In this document: positions 11,301 through 21,759 of the stretch, piece by piece
How positions within the stretch are numbered: position 1 is the first letter of the stretch
How the letters are laid out: the number at the start of each line of letters is the position of its first letter
Assembly: GCA_964247055.1 (NCBI GenBank)
Contig: OZ176057.1
Coordinates: 3,348,001-3,412,000, forward strand
Direction of reading: 5' to 3'
Length of the DNA stretch: 64,000 nt
Source: Paragordius varius
Taxonomy: Eukaryota; Animalia; Nematomorpha
Notes under the pieces: generated by a model
The model's input: the letters and a program-made list of their open reading frames with translations, nothing else
Database searches by the model: none
What the model was told of the DNA's origin: nothing
Translations under genes and position numbers: made by a program

Positions 11301-14300
11301 AAACCAGCTTTTTCAAACATTTTTTTTAAATTAAATACTAATATAACCCTAATAATTATATTAAAATAATTTATATGATTTTCATAGTTTGTCAGTGAAA
11401 ATTCTTGATTTATTTAAGGATTGAAAATTTCGACCATTTAAATCCAAATAACTTTATCATCCGATTGATTTAAATGACTTACTACCATTTAAAAGATGCA
11501 GTTTTTTGCGCTCTTTCGAATGATATAAAATACATGGCTTCATATCTAAAACTTTTAATTTTCAAAATTTCGAGTTTAATGTTAAATCGGGGCCAAAAAT
11601 TATCGATTAACTCTAATATAAAAAAATTCTTGCATGGTAGAATTTTCTTTTTAGATATACTAATGTACTTTAATGAATTAAATTTTAAATTTACAAGAAT
11701 GGCAGTTAAAAAAAGTTAAAATTTGGTGTCTAGTGTAATTTATGATAAGTAATATTTATTGGGGTAAACATTTGGCTCTTAAATAAATCATATTAAAAAA
11801 TCTGCGCAAATTGGCCATTGTCCTGATACTTTGAGAAATTACCACAAAAACGGTAACATCTCTCTTGTATCGCCCAAAGGCAATAAACAAAAAATACCTG
11901 ACAAGAATACAAAAAGTCAAAATAATCAGTTCAAATATTAAACATTTGCCCAAATAAATTATCATAATTAGAAATCATAATATATATTAAATTAATATTT
12001 AATTATTTGTAGTGAAAGTAAGCATTTTTTTTTAATTTCTATCGAACGAATAAATGTTTATATTAGATAATTTTTTTTTAATAACTAATATGATATAGTT
12101 ATTAATAAAAATCTATAAGGTCCTTAGGATAAGTTATTTAAAATGTAAAAAATATCATTTTGAAAACTATCCAAAATCTAATGATTTCTCTCAATTTTAT
12201 ACCATTTACAGCTCAAATTGACCCTTGAACAATTAAATGTGTTTTCGAACTAATATTATTCATTTTAAGATGAAATATATCTTTATGGCATAGTTTATTA
12301 TTTTTTTAGTATTATTTTAATTTTAAACAAATTATTTTCAAAAAATATATAATATAGAGGTAATTTATAATTAATTTTAGGGTGAATTTAAGTCCAAGGA
12401 TGAATTTGAATTATTCAAGGGTAATTGTTTAAGGGTGATGATTGTAAATGTTATATTTTTATTTAAGGCAAAGGTGTTCAACACAAAAGGCTTCGCGCAC
12501 CGCACATTAAATTTAATAATGGGCAGTTTTTGTTGATGTCACCAAAAAAACCATAGAAACGAAAAAATTGATCGCGATACTTTAGATAATATCTTTTATA
12601 TCGTCTCCTTCCCTGTCTAAAGCGTTTTATATATTTTTGGTTGTTAACTTGAAGGGCATTTTAAGTCGCATTTATTAGGGGTGCAGAGAAAGAACATTTA
12701 TTTGCGCTTCAAAAGCGGTGTTTTTAATTTTTGATTAATATTTATTATAGTAGTTTCCCCAGGTATGGTACCATTTGGCTTTATATAATATAACTTTTTA
12801 ACCATATACCACATATTCAATTTCATTATTTGTTATTATTATAGATGAGTAAGAATATTATTTAATTTGACCACAATTCGTTTTATATTTTATGTTATAA
12901 TTACATTTATTGAATTAGATATCAACTGGGTAAATTAATATATTTATAATTATAATTATATAAAATTCTACCAAACAAATATCCAAATAGACGCCATAAT
13001 CCTTGATATCATAAAATTTATTTCAAATATCTGTATATAAGTATACATAAAATTGTTAAATTTAAATAAAATAATTTACAAATATCTTTAAAAATCCAAC
13101 CACATTTGATTTGACCATATAAATTATTTAATTGATTGTGTTCACAATTTCCATTTCTATCAGCCCTATTTTTCAGTGCATATATGTAAAAAAAGGCTCA
13201 TTTCTGGCACTCGTTACATGAATCAATCCCCTTGTTTCTAAAAATAATTAATAATAAACCGTGGACATGACACGACACCACTCATAGTTGAGTGATTTTT
13301 ATAAATATTATACAAAATAATAACTTTCAAATACCTATTTTTTGAAATAAAAAGGCGCCTGGTGTATCAGCCTCCTTTCCTCTCCCCTAACTAAGTGGTC
13401 AATTCTACTGTGATTTCCAATAAAACATAATTGAGTTATATTGTTAACAATCATTTATCAATGTCGGGCACCAATGCAGCAAAAATTGAAATTCAGAAAC
13501 TTAACTTAAAAGATACATGTTTTTTTAAAAAGAATTATATTTAAAATCCGTTTATTAAAAACACTCATCATATCCAAAATAAACAGTATGTATATTACAA
13601 TCAATTATATTAAATCAAAATTGTGTACATTTAATATCTTCACAAAATTTATATAATTTTATAAATAAATTATTTTTGGCATGGTGTAATTCCTTTTATA
13701 ATGTATAATATAATGTAATTAGCATTTTCGTTTTTCTATTTTCTCCCCAAAAAGTCTCCTTCCTTAACCAATAAGTTTCATTTTATATGTTGCAAATTTA
13801 AATTAATAACTGTCTTTTATTTATCCATTTTCTCTAAGAATGAAGCTAATTAAAACTATAAAGTTTTGAGTAAAAATTGATACACAACGTGAAAATATAA
13901 AGACAAATATTTTTATAACAGACAATCCTTAAAACCTTTATTTTTTTAGATCTAGGTCTTGATGAAAATGGTGAAGAGATATAGACAGTAATTATTAATA
14001 AATTTTAAACAATTTGTTTTAATTGTTATCACTTCATTACCGTTTCACTTTTTTGATTAGTTCAATATCAAATCAATAGGGTATGTTATATATAATAATT
14101 TTAACAATTATACATATTTTATTTCACAATGCATTTTCTCCCAAACTTAGATGAATAAAACCTAATATTTTTCTATTACCATATATCAACACTTTTTAAT
14201 CAAACTTTATACTTATTTTAATTAATTGCCCTTATAAAATTATTATTTTAAGGTTTTATATGAATATATGTTCATATAGAATATTATATATCCCTTATTT

Positions 14301-14736
14301 TTTAAATTTTAGTCAAAATAACTAAATTTGCATTAAGGGTATAAGTAAATAATGTTGTTCTGAACCGAATCAACATGGCATATTATAAAAGACAATAAAA
14401 TACTCTAAATATAATTAAAATTATTTTTAAACAGATAAATATTGAGTTTGATTGTAAATGTGTTTTTCAAGGCTTCAACTAATTTATATGTAATTAATTT
14501 TTGTGCCATCAAATTTTTTTTTAAATATTCATTTTGATTTTTAGATGTATCCAAATCAAAATGTTCCATGTATCAAATTATTTAATTCTGGCTTAATTAA
14601 TATTGCTTAAACCAATAAACAATTTGTGCTTATTCTCCCAAATAAATATTTAGTAGCCTATGTATTATTTTTTATCAGGATCATCTTAAAAACAGACGTT
14701 ATAAACACAAAGTTTTCTTTAAATTTAAGATTTTAA
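8310..14736 (+). CDS. Putative micro-exon gene for a small secreted protein, copy A (splice path and frame unresolved)
   Basis: AG/GT-flanked islands with positional counterparts in copy B: 8310-8388, 8463-8480, 9007-9028, 12013-12017, 12751-12762, 12845-12848, 12919-12929, 13164-13185, 13950-(13970 or 13987), 14061-14080, 14313-14338, 14435-14453, 14545-14569, 14679-14736. Many intervening introns are 70-110 nt. Confidence 0.62.
8749..8981. mobile_element. Small TACCATTT-family MITE with aacgcaacattttt-type subterminal repeats (intronic)
   Basis: Inverted gcaacatttt/aaaatgttgc repeats; paralog 40770-41004 and dispersed copy 63315-63543 have TACCATTT...AAATGGTA ends. Confidence 0.7.
9158..10421. 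mobile_element. 1.26-kb foldback non-autonomous Tc1/mariner-like element (intronic, copy A only)
   Basis: CAGTGTGTGCAAAAAA terminus, ~600-bp inverted arms around a short spacer near 9750-9790, TA flanks; empty site ctattattacattattttg at ~41161 in copy B. Confidence 0.85.
10635..11735. mobile_element. Non-autonomous Chapaev3-like (CMC) DNA transposon (intronic, copy A only)
   Basis: CACTGGACAACAAATTT...AAATTTGGTGTCTAGTG termini with TAA target duplication; closely similar copy at 18477-19589; absent from copy B. Confidence 0.85.
12200..12453. mobile_element. TACCATTTAC-family MITE (present in both duplication copies)
   Basis: TA-flanked TACCATTTACAGCTCAAATTGACCCTTGAACAA...GTAAATGTTA; ortholog 41980-42212. 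Confidence 0.75.
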
Positions 14737-15304
14737 GTATAGTTTGATCCGTTTGATATTAGTTGCAATAATTATTTTCCTTTACAAAAAATAAATATTA
14801 TGACATATATAGAGCTTTGTTTAGAATTTACTTTAATTGGAGTAAAAATGAAATTTTTAACAACTTATGTGTAGTCAGAAAAAAATTAATTACGGATCAT
14901 GCCCAAACTAAGGATATTCAGAATCCTGTGACAAAGTTTTTATGAGAAGCTTTTTATTTTGGGAGAAGTTAGTATCTAGAAATATACCTGCAAGTTTCAT
15001 ATTTTACGCTCTGATTTTAATGTAAAAATGGGGGTAATTGTAAATAATTTGAAACTACTTAGAAAAGTAGCACAAAGCGTTAGTGCTAAAAATTATCAAA
15101 ATTCTTATAAAGCGATGAAGATAAAAAAACTAGATTAAATATGTCAAAAACCCGATTTTCGCGATATTTCAATGTATGAAGATTGATGTCGCTTGGTCTT
15201 TTAAAAATTGGCTATATTATAGCTAAAAATGTTATATTCTACAAGAAATAAATTTTTTGTAAAATATAAAAATAAAAATTACAACAAAAATTTAAATATT
15301 ATTA

Positions 15305-15361
15305 CCCGTAAAGTCCGATATCTAATGGATTATTATATCTTGATGTATTTATCTATCAGAT

Positions 15362-15392
<31 letters not shown>

Positions 15393-17650
15393 TTATAAAT
15401 CTGGGAAATGCTGGTTTTATGATCTGTTTCCGGAAAACCGGTAGGCCCATTCAAATCCAAATGTCGGAAAAATATAATCATAAATGAATGCCCCGACAAT
15501 AGCTTCTTTAGGCCCCCAGTTCGGACCCACCCCGAAAAAACGGGTTTTGACACAATTTTCCGGAAAACGTTTTGGACCATTCGATTACAAATATGATGTT
15601 TTTTACTTTTTTTGATTGCGCCGAACATGGTTGGCTCGCTTTAATTTAGGCCCACTTTTTACCCACCCCCCCTCACGCCGTAAAATGCCATTTTTTTAAA
15701 ACAATGTCCACAAAAATCATTTTTTGAATCTATTTTCGCCCAGGGTATGAGACCTTAATAATTTAATGATGATTCCAGATATATCCTGTTAAAAGGTAAA
15801 AATTTTAGTTCTGAGTTTTTATATTGGCTGTTGGTAAGGAGATACCCGCTAAAAACTGCCCCGTCATATCGAAATAGCGGGCCTTTGTGGCTTAATTTTA
15901 GGAAACCTCTCAGGCCATATTAGTTTAACAGGTGCTTTGAATATTACCCTTAACTATAGAAAAATTTAAGTAGTGAGATTTTTAAATTAGCCGTTAATTA
16001 GTCCCTTCACGGCCTGAAAAAAACGCCACCATAGAATGATTTTTTAGTTTTGAGAAAATTCCAAAAACAAATGAGAGCATATGGAACCAATTATGATTTC
16101 AGGTCTCCGTAAAAAGGCAAAAATTTTAATTAGCGCTTTTTTTGTATCAACCTTTGGGTAGGTAGCTAGCACCCTAAAACTGCGCCACCATATTGAAATT
16201 GTGTTTAGGAGTTATTTTTCAGGAAACTTATCAGGCCACATAAGTTTAATAAGGGTTTGAAATATTACCCGTAAAAAAGCAAAAATTAAATTCCAGCGGA
16301 TTTTTTAAATTTGCCGTTAATTAGGCCGTTTACGCTCTAAAAAATGACCAATCATTAAACTATTATTTAGTTTTGTAGCTATTCTACCAAAAACTATTAA
16401 GAACATAAGGAATGAATGATGGCAGGTATTTTCCGTAAAAAGGCAAAAATTAATCAAGCGCTTTTTTTGTATAAGCCTCTGGTTAAGGAGCTACCCGCCG
16501 CATTGGTTAGGTGTTAATTTTCAGAAAATTATCAGGCCATATAAGTTCAATAAGGGCCTGAATTACCTGAAAAAGGCAAAAATTTAAGCCAAGCGATTTT
16601 ATTGAATTAACTGTTAATTAGGCCATTTGCGCCTTAAAAATTGCGCTATCATTTAGCTATCATTTAGTTTTGATGCCATTATTCCAAAAACTATTAACAA
16701 CATATGAAATGAGATTTTAGTTATTCCCCTATAAAGGCAAAAAATTTTATCGAACTTTTTTATATTGGTCTCTGGGTAGGGGGGTACCCACCCTATATCT
16801 CCGCCACCATATCGATACATCGTGATTTTGGAGGCAAATTTTTGAAAACTTATCAGGCCATATAAGTTAAATAAGGGCTTGAAATATTACGTGTAAAAAG
16901 GCCAAAATTTAAGTAGAGCGGTTTTATTAAATTACCCCTTAATAAGGCCCTTGCACTGGAAATGCGCCAGAATGACTTATTGGTTTTGATGCAATTTTTC
17001 GAAAATCTCACGACAACATATGGAATCAATCATGATTTCAGGTATTACCCGAACGGCAAAAATTTCAATCGAGGATTATATGTTTCGCCCCTGGTTTAGG
17101 GGCTACCCGCGTAAAACTGCGTTATCATACCGATACAGCATGCCTTTGGAGCCAAATTTCAGAAAATCTATGAGACTGATAGGAACATATGGAATCCATG
17201 ATAATTCCAGATTTTCTCCATATAAAGGCAAATATTTTTCTCAACGCTTTTTTTTACCTCCCCCGGGGTAAGGAACTACCCGCCAAAAACTAAGCCACTA
17301 TATAGAAATTGCGTTGTTTTGGAGCTATTTTACAGAAAATTTATAAAGCCATATGTGCTTATTAAAGTTTGAAATATTACCCGTAACCAAGTAAAAATGA
17401 GGTCAGGCGTTTTTTTATTAGTGGTTAATTTGGGGTCTTGATGCCATAAAAATCCGCCATCATATAACGGTTATTTAGTGTTGAGGTATTTTTTCGAAAA
17501 ACCCAAATAATCCATCAGACGATGGTAAAGATGATTCCAAATATTTGCCCAATAAAGGCAAAGAATATAACTCAACGCTTTTTCCATATAAGTCTATGGG
17601 TAGAGGACTACCTGCCATATGAAAATGGCGTGGTTTTGGAGCTAATTTTA
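15305..17650 (-). repeat. Inverted, more diverged block of the same satellite: one ~470-bp trimer-type unit, then ~12 monomers of ~160 bp alternating two types
   Basis: 15400-15860 is the reverse complement of the 2415-5800 unit; aggcaaaaa-like anchors at ~16115, 16277, 16441, 16574, 16735, 16899, 17054, 17226, 17390, 17556. Confidence 0.88.
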
Positions 17651-18249
17651 AAACTTAAGAAGCAATATTAGTTCAGTTAAACACATTTCTGGGGAATTTG
17701 TAAAATCATTTTTTCCTTCAAAAAAGACCACAAATGATTTACTTTTTATATCCCTTGATCCGAGCTAAGTGAACAGAATACTAAAATAATTAACCATGAT
17801 TTTGTAAAACAAAAATTTTAAAATAATTTAATAATAGATAATTTAACTTAATAAGGGACAGTTTAAATATGGTCAATTTCGAGTAAACAATATTGAGCCT
17901 AGAAAAAACCCTTGAAAGAATAAATAAAGACATTCTTTTTATTAAATATGTTTTTTATTACATTTTTCTCAATTACCTCTATTTTTTCAAATTATTGAGA
18001 ATAATTATTTTGAGAGACGTCACAGGAAGCGTGACATGGTCAGCTAGTATATATTAATACTATATTTTTTATAGGAAATCGGGGAACATTGTTTTATATC
18101 AGGGGCAACATGTGGCCCTCTACGATTTTTTGAGCCTAATACTTAAAATAAGGCAAAATATTTATAATTTTCCCTTTAAAATATTATTTTTAATATCCTT
18201 TAAATTTCAAAAACACTATTTATTGTTGAATAAAGGGCGAATAATATGC

Positions 18250-18415
18250 TATCGGTTTCCACTTCTTTACATGCGTATATCGGCAAAGAAAATCGAACCT
18301 CTTATGACCTAATAGAAAGCAAAGCAGAGTTGGTTTCTGGTTTTAATCAAGGAAATATACTCAGAGTTCGCTCTTTTTTAGCTAAGTATTTTGGTATTTT
18401 ATTTTTTGTATTTTA
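18250..18415 (+). pseudogene. nad1: NUMT: frameshifted fragment of mitochondrial NADH dehydrogenase subunit 1
   Basis: Translates FPLLYM..ISA / ENRTSYDLIESKAELVSGFN / FA-LFLAKYFGILFF, matching the ND1 motif AETNRxPFDLxEGESELVSGFNxEY...FALFFLAEY. Confidence 0.78.
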
Positions 18416-18476
18416 AGCTCCTAGTATATTTATATATCACACATCCTTTTCTAATTGAAATACTATCGGTTCATTA

Positions 18477-19589
18477 CACTGGACAACAAATTTTTCTGCC
18501 GCTCGAGTTTTTTGCATTTTCTGATATTTAGTATCATTTTAACAGTAAATCTGAAATAAAAATTATAACTCGATGGAAGAATTTTGTATAATTTGATTTT
18601 TTTGATTATGCGCCCTCTTTATCAAATTTTACTAAAAAATGTTTTTCTTTGAAATATACAAGTAATGGCCATTTGTAATGTATCAATTCGAAAGAGTAAT
18701 AAAAACTCTATAATATCCATACTAATATGTATTACATCGACAGCTAATATTGGACACAAAGAGCGACAAACGCGCGAAGCTAGAGCCTTTTTTAATTATT
18801 ATATTTTTAAAACTAATGGATGAAAATAGCTCAAACTTTGTATAGATGGTGATGAATTTCCAAAAAAGATAACACAATAAAGTTTTTTTGATTAGAACAT
18901 TTTTTTATTGCTTTTATGTCACTCAAAACAGCCATTTTTAAGTTTTTTGTTTTTTAAAAATTACCATCTCAATATTAATATATTTTCTTTACTAGGCTGA
19001 TAATTTCGAAATTTTAAAGATAAAAACAAAGTTTAAGGTATTTTTGATCTTTTATAGCCATTATGTAATAAATTTACAGTTTTAACTATGCATTTTAGTA
19101 TCCACTAGGTAAAATATTTATGTAATAATTTTTATTGAAAAAGCAAACCAAAAGCTTTTTCAAATATTTTTTTTAAATTAAATTAATATAACCCTAATAA
19201 TTATATTAAAATAATTTATATGATTTTCAAATTAGTTTGTCTGTGAAAACTCTTGATTTATTTGGGGATTGAAAATTTCGACCATTTAAATCCAAATAAC
19301 TTTTACATCCGATTTATTTAAATGACTTACTACCATTTAAAAGATGCAGTTTTTTGCGCTCTTTCGAATGATATAAAATACATGGCTTCATATCTAAAAC
19401 TTTTAATTTTCGAAATTTCGAGTTTAATGTTAAATCGGGGCCAAAAATTATCGATAAACTCTAATATAAAAAAATTCTTGCATGCTAGACCAATTTTCTT
19501 TTCAGATATACTAATTATGTACTTTAATGAAATAAATTTTAAATTTACAAGAATGACAGTTCAAAAAAGTTAAAATTTGTTGTCTAGTG
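18477..19589. mobile_element. Non-autonomous Chapaev3-like DNA transposon, second copy
   Basis: CACTGGACAAC...GTTGTCTAGTG termini, TTA target duplication; high identity to 10635-11735. Confidence 0.87.
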
Positions 19590-19932
19590 TTAAGGTAAAA
19601 ACGCTGTTTTTGGCATATAACAACAATACGTTATTCAGGGAAAAGCTATTAGATATATTTCGCTCGTAAATATTATTGGTTTTAATTTTTGCAGTAATTG
19701 ATGTCCATGTGTTTATATTTTGAATTTGTGGCTGCAGGTTTTTTTCAATCGAAAATGCTGCCTGCGACGCCATTTATGTGATGCAATCCTGGCAAAAGAT
19801 AATCACCGAGTTAATCTTATATGAAATTTTTTAATTATTAACATATCATTATTTTTATAAAATCTTTTAAAATTATAATTTATATCTTAGTTTTATAATT
19901 TTATTTCGTTTTTGTGTTAGAATAAGTGAGAT

Positions 19933-21614
19933 AAGGGTTGTCCAACACAAATGGCTTTGCGGGCCGCAAGATTCCAACGGGCTGCATTCGAAATCTATAT
20001 GGCATATATAAATAATTAATTAGATTACAAAAACACTTCAAAACGAAAACGGACAACAATTTTTCTCGCTCTTGCTATTTGCCAGGGGCGTACCGAGCAT
20101 TTGCGGCGCCTGGGGCATAAACTTATGACGCCCCTCCCCTCCTCTTTTTAAAAGCCAATATAAAAATTTGGTAAAAAAATGCAAACGTTGCAAATTAAAC
20201 ACCATAGATAAGTACATTATTTCAACATGTCCTCGAAAAGGGAAATTTTGGGTAATTAAAAATTTCCAGGCCAATATTCGATGGAAAATATTTCACCAGC
20301 GATCCTTTTCAGATTGCATATGAGCTTCTAGAGCAGAATCAATTCCCGTATCATTCTTCTTTCTGCCTCTTGCCAAGTGGTAAACGCTTTCATTGAGGCT
20401 ATTTTCATGATGGATTAATTTATCTTTTTTTCCTCCATTCATTAAAACCATGCGTAATGGATAGGTCGATCAAAAAGTAGGCATCAAAAACAATAAGCAG
20501 ATCTCTTCTTTGGTGAATATAAAAGCCAAGACCTCTCAACTTCATATCCTTCTTTATTATCGACACGTGGAAAAAACCATGATTGGGGCATTGAATGATG
20601 ATTTTTTGTTTCAAAGAGATTGCATTTATTTTGAAATTCTTGAGATATACGAATAACCATTTCTGTGCGAAGTTGATTAGATATTACGGGAACATTATTA
20701 TTAGTAAATTTTAAAAATGTGACATCATTAAACTCTATAGGTATAGCGCTTGGAATTAGTGGTATTGTAGTTTTCTCATCTCTATATATTGAATCAATAA
20801 CTAGCAGGTGTATTAAGTTATTATTAAGGGGTACCGTTATGTTTGTGTCGCATACATTTTTTTCAATATTATGGTTAATATTTCGTTAAATAAGATTACA
20901 TCCTCATTCGCATTTTATGTTTTATTCTCTTCCTGGATTTTACGTTTCCTATTTGCGTAACCGCTGAGTTTAGGCATTGATATCTGATGAAAATGATAGT
21001 AGTTATAAAAAATACAAGGTTATATTAATAATAAAAACCTACCTTGTTAGAGATAGAAAGATCTTGGGAATTTAAATAAATAAAATTGGGTTGATTAAAA
21101 TAAAAATGTATATAAATTTTTAGAATAAGAGATAAGGTTTTGAACAGAGAGAGAAGTTAAAATAACTTAATTAAAAGCAATAAAAGAATTATCAATATGT
21201 GCGTGATAGAGAAACGAAGCGAAAGAATAATTTTGCACGTTTTGAAGGGAATACCTACATCATAATGTTTTATCTTGATCTCATTTATATAATTTTTATA
21301 TTATTTTAGGGATTAGTACGTAAATTACTGAATAATCTTATTTGTTTTTTCATAATTTAAATTTAATTTTGAAAAAATCATTTAGGCGCCCAATAAAAAC
21401 GGGGGCATGATGCACCCCCTTGCCCCCCCCCCCCCCCCCATCGGTACGCCACTGATTTGCATAAACTTATTTAGGAAAAATTGTCTAAGGAATTCAATTT
21501 TACCAAGATTTTGTGAAATGTTTTTGCAAATTAGGGATTCCAATTTTTGGCGGGCAACACAGAAAGTCTCGGAGGGTCTTATGCGGCAGGCGGGCAGCGT
21601 GTTGGTCACCCCTG
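19933..21614. mobile_element. Charlie-type hAT MITE (~310 bp) split by a nested hAT insertion
   Basis: AAGGGTTGTCCAACAC / GTGTTGGTCACCCCTG termini (13/16 match), flanks AGTGAGAT / AGTTTGAT (6/8), gcgggccgca subterminal motif. Confidence 0.7.
20083..21454 (-). mobile_element. Internally deleted hAT (Tip100/ZMYM1-like) element
   Basis: CAGGGGCGTACCGA / TCGGTACGCCACTG TIRs with ATTTGC on both sides; minus-strand remnants RSWLLYSPKKRSAYCF, GFNEWRK and FPFRGHVE of the transposase N-terminus; homologous to 28938-29560. Confidence 0.85.
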
Positions 21615-21759
21615 AGTTTGATGATACTTACGAAAATCGATTAATAAATTTATTTATAATTTTGCTGATGTTTGCATGATGTTAATTGAAATATTTTTTA
21701 TTGTAACCTATTATACTTTTAAACTCTCTTAAATGATATATGATTCATAAATATTTATT

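Larger units (their letters stand above)
6000..15300 (+). repeat. Segmental duplication, copy A (paralog at ~36180-46750)
   Basis: Colinear matches throughout, e.g. 6051 taaggataatcaatgacgg vs 36230, 8310 exon vs 39191, 15190 gtcgcttggt vs 46640; roughly 80-90% identity by eye, interrupted by copy-specific insertions. Confidence 0.95.

Noticed and set aside
11474-11719. ORF repeated at 19322-19573 (MTYYHLKDAVFCALSNDIKY...)
   Set aside because: Lies inside two copies of a non-autonomous element; conservation reflects recent transposition and no transposase motif was seen.
11836-11852. 17-nt candidate exon (AAATTACCACAAAAACG; B 41487-41503) that would shift downstream phases
   Set aside because: Acceptors are GAG/AAG without a clear pyrimidine tract; kept only as an unproven way to connect the third reading frame.
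6767-13984. Possible TAG stop-codon reassignment or readthrough (in-frame TAG in the conserved block at ~6810, at 12751 and at 13982)
   Set aside because: Reading TAG as sense does not yield consistent frames in both paralogs downstream, and ordinary splice alternatives explain the cases.
21422-21439. Long poly-C runs (also ~30952-30965) as G-quadruplex elements
   Set aside because: They are the subterminal part of the Tip100-like hAT TIR region.
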